A stretch of DNA of 60,327 nt from Candidatus Omnitrophota bacterium (GTDB lineage Bacteria > Omnitrophota > Gorgyraeia > S143-82): NCBI GenBank assembly GCA_015494465.1, contig WGBD01000011.1, forward strand, positions 69,553 to 129,879, given 5' to 3'. Shown piece after piece: positions 16,790 to 24,078 of the stretch (the first letter of the stretch is position 1; each line of letters opens with the position of its first letter). A model generated the notes under the pieces. The model did no database searches and was not told where the DNA came from. It saw only the letters and a program-made list of their open reading frames with translations. Position numbers and translations under genes: made by a program.

Positions 16790-19700
16790 CTACCTTAAAC
16801 GGACCTGGGAAAGCAACAGACCACCCACCTTCTTTTCACCGGTGGATTCCTCTTTAGATTTACGGATACCGGATGGATGAAGGATCCGCTCAAGCAGCTC
16901 TGGCACCTCTCTACTCTTTCCGCTGTAGAAAGGCCCGAATGTGCGCAATATCTGCTCATCAGACATCCCATCGACTTCTTCCTCTACTTCATCCAAGGTG
17001 GCATAGATCTGCTTGTCTCCTCCCGCTTGAGCCCGCTGTCCCTCTATAAGGCGGTGCAGGGCCTCCCTTATACGGCCCGGATCCAACCTGCCTCCACCAT
17101 CCGGAACGAGCTCCCCACTGGGGCCCACCTCAGGGTAAGGTGCGTCTTTTCCCCTACCGGGCAGGATTATCCCTTGGGCCTCTGCGACCCGGAAGGAAAG
17201 ACCGGTCTTCCTCTCCAAGGTCCTCAGGAGTGTATTTACCCTCTCCAACGAGCCCTTTTCGAGCTTCTTCACATTCAGGAACTTGGCATGGTCGGATCCC
17301 GCCACATAAAGCAGGACAAAGTCCTTGGTGCCCAGCCTGCTCTCCAATTCGTTAACCAGATAAGGCACTATCTCCTCACCAGTCTTGTAGAAGTGCTCAG
17401 GATCAGAAAACGGAAGGTGGGTGAACTCCACCAACTCTGCACCAAAGACGCGGGACAACAGGGCCTCAGTGATGGGTCCCCTGACCAGGGCATCGGAGAG
17501 CATCGGCTTGCGGGGATCACCGTTATCAACGCTCACCACCACTCTATCCACCTGCCCGCTGGCCAATAGGGCAGCGACGACCCATATGTGACCGTTCTGC
17601 CAAGGATCACCCTTCATAGGCAGATAGGCTATCCGCAGACTGGACTTCTTTAAGGGATCTACCTCACCAGTTTCCACCTTCCTGGCTATCTCTTCGAAAG
17701 TGGCCTTCATGTTCTTATAGGACAGTTGCATCTCCTTGAGATCCAAGAGAGTTTGGATGGAGCCTTCCGCAGAGGCAGACAAAGTCAGCTCCTTCAAGAC
17801 CTTCTTCCTGAAGCTCTCTATTGCTGGCAGGCCCTTCTCCGGAGAATCCGCATCTGCGATCTCCTTGACAGCACTGTAGACCTCCTGAGAGATCTCTCCT
17901 CTCAATACCAGGGTATCTATCTCCCCAAGTAGGTCTTTCAACTTTTTCTCAACCGCCTTATCGTTGGAGACCTCTACCCCGAACAGGGCCCTGCTGTTGT
18001 CGTTAAAGAACTTCTCCAGATTCTGCATCCCCTGGCGGACATTGGCTACCACCTCGTCCTTGCTGGTGGGGATGCCCAAAGGCGTTACATCCTGGAAGAA
18101 CCTTTTCTCCACACTTGCCTTGGCCTCCCTCCAGAGAAGGACATTCCGCAACCTTAATAGAGCCTCAACGAGGTCCTCTTCTCCTCTCTCCCTGGCAGAA
18201 TCTATCCTACTAACCAAGCCCTTGCCGATCGCGTCCAAGACATTGCCGTCTATTTCGTCTTTCTCGAACAATTCTTTTACATAAGGCTTAAGAGAATCTA
18301 CGAGTTCAACGGATGGCTTTCCCCCTCTGCGCTCAGCAATCATCTCATCCACCTTCTTCAAGAACACCTCTGCGATCTCCCTGCCCCTATCCTTGCGCTC
18401 TCTCAACTCCTCCAGTCTCTTCTTCTCATCCTCATTAAGTGTCCCCTCTTTCGCGCGCTCCTCCAGGACCTCCAGCCCTGACCAGCGCCAGAAATAGGCC
18501 TTATCTATCATGGCCTTTACGGGTGCCGGGACCAGATGGGGCCCCTTCTGATTCCTCACCCGGGTGGAAGAGGAGGCAATCAACTGTCGTAGGAAGTGCA
18601 CCTGGGGTACTATCCGCCTTAAGATCTCCTTCTCCTCCTCGGGTAGTTCCTCACCGGGCCTCTCCGAGAAGACGAGACCCTTTATCTCTTTGAGGCGATA
18701 ACTCATTATCTTGCCGACCGTATCCAGACGGGCCACCGCTGTTGCCCTGTCTTTGAGCTTACCTACTAAAGAGAAGGTAAAAATACCCTTACTGTCTCTG
18801 ATTATGACCGCGTTGGATATGTTGGAATAAAAGGGATTGTCCTTACTATACTTCTCGACGAACTCGTTCACGAATTCTTTGGATATCTCAAGGGGTTTAT
18901 GGGTAAGGTTTACTATTAAGACATTCTTTCCTATCGCATCCTGCGCAGATATGCCCTTAAACATCACATCCCCGTATATGTGGACCAACTTGGGATCGAG
19001 GCCGAGTTCCCCGGCCCTGTTCTTATAACCACCGTCGGTTGCAACCTCGTCGTCCTTCTTCACCGGAGGCACATCCGATTCCAATACCGCACCCGCATCG
19101 GAGGCGGTGGAATCCTCAAGGGATCCAGACATGGGCTGCAGCTCTTCGCCAACCTTATTGGGCAGGTTGGTAAATACCTCACCTCCACCTTCTACGCTCA
19201 TCAGACCGTCATCCATACGATTAAGGAGGTAGTCGGAGGCAAAGGCACCCAAGAAGCCTACCCTGTTCACCTTAACCGCCCCTACATCCGGCAAAGTGTA
19301 GCTGTCCACCAGACTGGCAAGGCGAGACTGCTTATACCTTTCCTTCAACGCCTCTTTTGCCCATCCTGCAAGGAGCATCGCGTAATAGGCCTTCCTGAGA
19401 GGGGCAAATTCCTGGGAATAGTTTATCGCCCGCTCTATTTCGGGTATCACCGTCTCCTTCAGGATAGACTTTATCTCCTCCTTCAGATCCTCGGGTATAT
19501 CCGCGTCCTCTATGGAGACCTCCACATCTATCCCTGCCTCCTTGATGTACAGTTCGTCCTCGGTGGCATAGACCTCCATCGCCCCCGGCACCATCCAGAA
19601 CCTAGGGGAGAAGCCGTCAACCCCCAAGCGCGCCAGCCTATCCCACAGCCCTTCCCCCGTGGGGCTATCAGGGGACATCAACCGGTTGACCAACAACTTC

Positions 19701-20086
19701 ATCCTGAGGTCGGAATCCAGCATAACGTGTCCCAATTCGGTATATTCTAGCCCGTCTCCTAATAGTTTGGTCTCGGGATTAAAAAGGTATAGATCGGCCC
19801 ACCAGTTCTCGGTAGGAATGGTCAGGGCAGAATAGAAGTAAGAAAGGATCCTTTTTGCCTCCTGTGATTCCGATAATTCTTCTTTACCCACACCAACGCC
19901 GTCTTCCCTTCGCCAGGCAAAGGAAATTCCATTCGCCCCGATCCTCAAACCTACCAACACAAGCGAAGAATCCTCTCTTGCCAGAGAGACCTTGGCACAG
20001 GCAACCCCTAGAGAAACGACCAAGGCAAGGGCTAGACCCAACAAAACGACCAACCCCGTCCCGATTAAGAGTCTACTTCCTCGCAT
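16790..20086 (-). CDS. Giant (1098 aa) protein: signal/anchor sequence + unknown N-module (paralogous to the next gene) + long charged helical region + NadD/cytidylyltransferase-like domain
   Basis: ATG at 20086 is preceded by AAGGAGG. The N-terminal hydrophobic segment is aa 6-30. The C-terminal region has GDPWQNGH (aa 826-833, resembling the GxFxPxHxGH nucleotidyltransferase motif), LLYVAGSDHAKF (resembling the NadD GADS block) and GIILPGRG. Confidence 0.75.
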   Translation of the reverse strand: MRGSRLLIGTGLVVLLGLALALVVSLGVACAKVSLAREDSSLVLVGLRIGANGISFAWRREDGVGVGKEELSESQEAKRILSYFYSALTIPTENWWADLYLFNPETKLLGDGLEYTELGHVMLDSDLRMKLLVNRLMSPDSPTGEGLWDRLARLGVDGFSPRFWMVPGAMEVYATEDELYIKEAGIDVEVSIEDADIPEDLKEEIKSILKETVIPEIERAINYSQEFAPLRKAYYAMLLAGWAKEALKERYKQSRLASLVDSYTLPDVGAVKVNRVGFLGAFASDYLLNRMDDGLMSVEGGGEVFTNLPNKVGEELQPMSGSLEDSTASDAGAVLESDVPPVKKDDEVATDGGYKNRAGELGLDPKLVHIYGDVMFKGISAQDAIGKNVLIVNLTHKPLEISKEFVNEFVEKYSKDNPFYSNISNAVIIRDSKGIFTFSLVGKLKDRATAVARLDTVGKIMSYRLKEIKGLVFSERPGEELPEEEKEILRRIVPQVHFLRQLIASSSTRVRNQKGPHLVPAPVKAMIDKAYFWRWSGLEVLEERAKEGTLNEDEKKRLEELRERKDRGREIAEVFLKKVDEMIAERRGGKPSVELVDSLKPYVKELFEKDEIDGNVLDAIGKGLVSRIDSARERGEEDLVEALLRLRNVLLWREAKASVEKRFFQDVTPLGIPTSKDEVVANVRQGMQNLEKFFNDNSRALFGVEVSNDKAVEKKLKDLLGEIDTLVLRGEISQEVYSAVKEIADADSPEKGLPAIESFRKKVLKELTLSASAEGSIQTLLDLKEMQLSYKNMKATFEEIARKVETGEVDPLKKSSLRIAYLPMKGDPWQNGHIWVVAALLASGQVDRVVVSVDNGDPRKPMLSDALVRGPITEALLSRVFGAELVEFTHLPFSDPEHFYKTGEEIVPYLVNELESRLGTKDFVLLYVAGSDHAKFLNVKKLEKGSLERVNTLLRTLERKTGLSFRVAEAQGIILPGRGKDAPYPEVGPSGELVPDGGGRLDPGRIREALHRLIEGQRAQAGGDKQIYATLDEVEEEVDGMSDEQILRTFGPFYSGKSREVPELLERILHPSGIRKSKEESTGEKKVGGLLLSQVRLR

Positions 20087-20153
20087 AGGACCTCCTTTTT
20101 GCTTAAGAAAAGCTCTCTCGCGTTCCTATCCGAAGCCCGTGGATTGAATTAGA

Positions 20154-20182
20154 ATTATAATACAGGAAGAGGACTTGGTCAA
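20154..20182 (-). promoter_or_regulatory. Near-consensus sigma70 promoter TTGACC-17 nt-TATAAT with AT-rich upstream tract
   Basis: On the minus strand, -35 TTGACC is at 20182-20177, the spacer is 17 nt, and -10 TATAAT is at 20159-20154. An AT-rich, UP-element-like tract (including the palindrome AATAAATATTTATT) lies at 20183-20214. It sits about 68 nt upstream of the ATG at 20086. Confidence 0.6.
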
Positions 20183-20214
20183 CTTCTTAATAAAAGTTTA
20201 ATAAATATTTATTG

Positions 20215-20769
20215 CTATTTGACGCCAGAGACTACCGGTCTAGCCACCAGCCCACTAGCTTTGAGGCGGGTCAGGATCCTGGGAAGGTCCGAGCGAGAGG
20301 TCTTCACTCTCACCTTGAATAGTCCGCCGGAAGGCACCACGATCACCGCATACCCGGGGAGGAGGGATCTTATCTTATCCCTAAATCTCCTTGCATTCCT
20401 TACCGACTTAAAGGCCCCAACCTGGACCAGGACCACATCCGATGCCTCCACCGCCTTTCGGAGACCTGCGGAAGAAGGCAAACGATAGCGGTACTCCAGA
20501 TCCAGTATCCTCTTTATATCTTCCGCCCGCATAGTCTGTCCCAGGTTCGCATAGGCTATCATTAAAAGGTAATAAAGACGGGCAGGGGGTGGTGTCTCTT
20601 TGTACCTCGCCATCAACCTCTCCCCCTTGGAGACGACCCCGGAATAATCCCCCCTCAAGAGAAGGGCAGATAGCTCCCGCTCCTCAGCTAGGGTAAGTCC
20701 TCCTGCCCAGAGCTGGAGCTGAGAGGCGCCCAGGATAATCAAGGACAGGAGAAAACACCACCTTCTCAC
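20215..20769 (-). CDS. SPOR domain protein (secreted, peptidoglycan-binding)
   Basis: It has a signal peptide. The C-terminal part, VLVQVGAFKSVRNARRFRDKIRS...GLFKVRV, has the SPOR-domain pattern. Confidence 0.65.
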   Translation of the reverse strand: MRRWCFLLSLIILGASQLQLWAGGLTLAEERELSALLLRGDYSGVVSKGERLMARYKETPPPARLYYLLMIAYANLGQTMRAEDIKRILDLEYRYRLPSSAGLRKAVEASDVVLVQVGAFKSVRNARRFRDKIRSLLPGYAVIVVPSGGLFKVRVKTSRSDLPRILTRLKASGLVARPVVSGVK

Positions 20770-21725
20770 ACTACCTCCCCTACTACCTCATCCATCACGT
20801 CCTTCATAGTTATTATACCAATGGGTCTGTGCTCGGAATCGTGCACCACTACTATGCTTACCCTAACCGATTGCATCTGATAGAATACCTGCCCTACCGG
20901 GGTCTCCTCGTGGATGAATATGATCGGCCTTATGTACTGCCTCCAATCCTCTTCTTCGGACATGTAAAGCAGATCCAGGATGTGGACAAAGCCCACTACG
21001 GTATGGTCTTCCTTCACTGGATAGCGGGAGAATTCCTTTTCCCTGGCGAGGTGCATAATTCGAGAGAGGTCCCAATCCCTTTCCACGCAGATCACCTTCT
21101 CCATCGGCAGCATGATGTCCCTGGCCTTTTTCGCGGAAAAGTCGAAGATCCTACGGATCAGGGTGCGTTCCTCTCGGTGAAGGGAAGATGCGGTGCTCCC
21201 CTGATACAACAACATCCGCAATTCTTCTCGGGTCACGAATATACCCTTGGACTGATAGAAGTGCCCACCCATCAACCTGAGGATGGCCTCACTAAAGTAG
21301 GTAAACATGATGGCAAAGGGGAAAAACAACACTCTAAAAAACTCAAACACCGGCAACGCTAACGGGACGAGTTTCTCTGCGTAATAACGGAACAAGACCT
21401 TTGGTCCGGCCTCGCCAAAGACGAGCATAACGATCGCGAAGGTCACCGTAATAACCAAGTCGTTATCTATCCCCAGATAGGAAGAACACAAATAAGTAAA
21501 CAAAGAAGACGCGGAGACTACGGACAAATCGTTCCCTATAAGGGTCGTGCTCAGGAATAGGTTCCAGTTCTTCCGCAACCTCCTTATCTGCAAAGCAAGT
21601 CTAGGGTTCTTTCTCCGAAGGACCTGTATCTTTATGGGCGACAAAGAGACGAAGCCCGTCTCCATGCCCGAGAAGAAGGCAGACAGCAACAATGCCAACA
21701 GGAGTAGGAGTAATATCCCCATCAT
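20766..21725 (-). CDS. CNNM/DUF21-CBS membrane protein lacking the CorC_HlyC C-terminal domain
   Basis: The DUF21 N-terminus (FFSGMETGFVSLS) is followed by a CBS pair. The protein ends right after the CBS pair. Confidence 0.75.
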   Translation of the reverse strand: MMGILLLLLLALLLSAFFSGMETGFVSLSPIKIQVLRRKNPRLALQIRRLRKNWNLFLSTTLIGNDLSVVSASSLFTYLCSSYLGIDNDLVITVTFAIVMLVFGEAGPKVLFRYYAEKLVPLALPVFEFFRVLFFPFAIMFTYFSEAILRLMGGHFYQSKGIFVTREELRMLLYQGSTASSLHREERTLIRRIFDFSAKKARDIMLPMEKVICVERDWDLSRIMHLAREKEFSRYPVKEDHTVVGFVHILDLLYMSEEEDWRQYIRPIIFIHEETPVGQVFYQMQSVRVSIVVVHDSEHRPIGIITMKDVMDEVVGEVV

Positions 21726-22981
21726 GCGGACTTTATCACCACCTGCACTATCCGATTACCTTTGACCTTCTCTACCTCCCATATCCAGCCCTTGTATAGT
21801 ATCCTCTCCCCTCCTTTGGGAACCTGGCCCAACTTGTGCATTACGAACCCTCCCACCGTCTCTACCTTGTCTACATCAAACTCCAGGCCGAGTTCCTCAC
21901 TCAAGTCCCGTAACGATGTCTTACCCGAGACCAAGTATGCCCCGTCAGATCGCCTCAATATCTCCTTTTGTTCCTTGTCGAACTCGTCGGTGATCTCTCC
22001 TAGGAGCTCCTCTATCACATCCTCAACGGTGACCAACCCAGCGGTGCCTCCGTACTCGTCTACCACGATGGCCATAGTCTCACCCTGTTCCCTGAAGTCC
22101 TGAAGCAGGGCGGTTATGGTCTTGCTTTCTGGCACCATCAGGGCCTTCCTCATAAACGAACGCCAGTCCCTTTCAGGATGCAAGAGGACCTCTTTGAGCT
22201 TTATGTAACCCAGGATGTAATCGATGGTACCTTTATAGACTGGCAGGCGCGAATGGCGACGGTGCCTTGCGGTTTCCTTTATCTCTGCCAATCTACTCAA
22301 GACATCCACCGCTACTATGTCTACCCTAGGGGTCATTATCTCATCGACCGTCCTTTCGTCGAGATCCATCGCCTCTTCTAGCATGTCCCTCTCTGCTTCC
22401 GCTAAGACCCCTTCCTGGGTCCCTATCTCCAACAAGGCCTGCAATTCGTCTTCCGATAGAGATAGGTCCATCTTGCGGGTCTTCAGCCCCAACAGGGCGA
22501 AGAGACGGGATATCAGGGTCTCGAATATCCTAGAGATCGGCAGGAGGAAGATCGACAAGGCATTCAAGAGACCCACCCCATAGGAGGCAAAGACGACTGG
22601 ATTGGCGATCGCCAGGACCTTAGGCGTCAATTCACCGAATACCAACAACAATAGCGTACCCGATGCCACCGCGTACATTAGCCCGTATTCACCCCACCTA
22701 TCCAAAAACAACCTGGCCCACACCACCGAAAAGGCGACATTCACCAAGGTATTCCCGGTGATTATCATGTTGATGGTGGCATTGGGATCACGGAGCAAGC
22801 GGGCTATCAGATCCGCCTTGCTAGGATTTCTGGACTTTATCTTCTCAAGGCCTATCTGGGATAGAGAAAAGAGGGCAGTCTCTATCCCTGAGAAAAAGGC
22901 AGAAAATAGAAACAGAACGAAGATGAGCAACAGCTGTAGATAGAGATCCATAGGGGCCTTAGTCTCCCAAACAGGTCCCAA
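21722..22981 (-). CDS. Hemolysin-family CNNM protein (DUF21-CBS-CorC_HlyC; TlyC/CorC-like)
   Basis: DUF21 (FFSGIETALFSLS), a CBS pair, and a C-terminal CorC transporter-associated domain (LSEELGLEFD...VETVGGFV). Confidence 0.85.
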   Translation of the reverse strand: MGPVWETKAPMDLYLQLLLIFVLFLFSAFFSGIETALFSLSQIGLEKIKSRNPSKADLIARLLRDPNATINMIITGNTLVNVAFSVVWARLFLDRWGEYGLMYAVASGTLLLLVFGELTPKVLAIANPVVFASYGVGLLNALSIFLLPISRIFETLISRLFALLGLKTRKMDLSLSEDELQALLEIGTQEGVLAEAERDMLEEAMDLDERTVDEIMTPRVDIVAVDVLSRLAEIKETARHRRHSRLPVYKGTIDYILGYIKLKEVLLHPERDWRSFMRKALMVPESKTITALLQDFREQGETMAIVVDEYGGTAGLVTVEDVIEELLGEITDEFDKEQKEILRRSDGAYLVSGKTSLRDLSEELGLEFDVDKVETVGGFVMHKLGQVPKGGERILYKGWIWEVEKVKGNRIVQVVIKSA

Positions 22982-24065
22982 TCATCCTAGCAGCCTTGAT
23001 CATCTCGCAATCCTTGGGGACCGTTCGGACCTTTCCGCCCACCTTCTCCAACTCTATGCTGGACATCCTACCATTTCTAAGGCATACCATCTTCCCGAAG
23101 TCCCCATTTCTAACCAGTTCCATAGCAGCGATACCGAATCGAGTAGCAAGGATCCTGTCAAAGGGGGTAGGCGTTCCACCCCTTTGGATGTGCCCCAATA
23201 TGGTTACACGGGTCTCCAAGCCGGTCATCTGCTCTATGTCCTTGCCTATCTTATTGCCTATCCCTCCCAAGCGTATGGGATCGGGGCTGTCTTTCACCAC
23301 CTCCCTGACCACCAACGAGCCACCCTTTGGTCTGGCCCCTTCGGCCACGACGACGATGCTAAAGCGCTTCCCCTTGCGGTTTCTTTCCTTTACCTTAGCG
23401 CAGACGCTGTTTATGTCGTAAGGTATCTCCGGGATCAATATGATGTCCCCGCCTCCTGCCAATCCCGCAGAGAGGGCAATCCATCCTGCATATCTGCCCA
23501 TCACCTCTAATACCATCACCCGATGGTGGGACTGGGCGGTGGTGTGGAGTTTGTCCACTGCCTCGGTGGCGGTGGTCATCGCGGAATCAAAACCAAAGGT
23601 CATGTCCGTACCCACTAGGTCGTTGTCTATGGTCTTGGGCACCCCTACGATGCTCAGGCCTTTCTTGACCAGTTTGCTGGCAACGGTCTGAGTACCGTCT
23701 CCTCCAATGCATATAAGAGCGTCCAACTTCAGGTTCTTGTAGGTCTTTACCACCTCATCGGATAGGTCCTTGTAATACACCTTGCCAGTCTTCTCGTCCT
23801 TAAAAGGTTGTCTAAACGGATTGTCCTTATTCGAGGTACCAAGTATCGTGCCTCCCTGCACCAAGATCCCCGAGACATCGTGGGCATCCAGTTTCTTCCA
23901 CTTGTTGAACATAAGCCCCGAATATCCATCCTTAAACCCAATCACCTCTATACCCATCTCCAAGGCAGGCTTGACCACTGCCCTTATGACCGCGTTCAAC
24001 CCCGGACAATCGCCTCCTGCAGTAAGGATCCCAATCCGTCTGATCTTCTTTCTCCGGACCGCCAT
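22959..24065 (-). CDS. pfk: 6-phosphofructokinase (phosphoryl donor ambiguous)
   Basis: GILTAGGDCPGLNAVIR, IGGDGT and PKTIDND. ATG at 24065 has AAAGGAGGAAAGGCG upstream, inside the end of hisS, so the ORF-track start at 24122 is rejected. Confidence 0.9.
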   Translation of the reverse strand: MAVRRKKIRRIGILTAGGDCPGLNAVIRAVVKPALEMGIEVIGFKDGYSGLMFNKWKKLDAHDVSGILVQGGTILGTSNKDNPFRQPFKDEKTGKVYYKDLSDEVVKTYKNLKLDALICIGGDGTQTVASKLVKKGLSIVGVPKTIDNDLVGTDMTFGFDSAMTTATEAVDKLHTTAQSHHRVMVLEVMGRYAGWIALSAGLAGGGDIILIPEIPYDINSVCAKVKERNRKGKRFSIVVVAEGARPKGGSLVVREVVKDSPDPIRLGGIGNKIGKDIEQMTGLETRVTILGHIQRGGTPTPFDRILATRFGIAAMELVRNGDFGKMVCLRNGRMSSIELEKVGGKVRTVPKDCEMIKAARMIGTCLGD

Positions 24066-24078
24066 CGCCTTTCCTCCT

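Noticed and set aside
16790-16840. C-terminal GG-hydrophobic-basic tail of the 1098-aa protein as a GlyGly-CTERM/rhombosortase signal.
   Set aside because: The hydrophobic stretch after GG is only about 6 residues (LLLSQV), far too short for the TM helix required in GlyGly-CTERM. It is kept only as a shared-motif observation.
19990-20086. Lipoprotein lipobox in the 1098-aa protein (LGVAC).
   Set aside because: The residues before Cys (G-V-A) do not fit the L-[ASTVI]-[GAS]-C consensus at position -3, so I treat the N-terminus as a signal or anchor sequence only.
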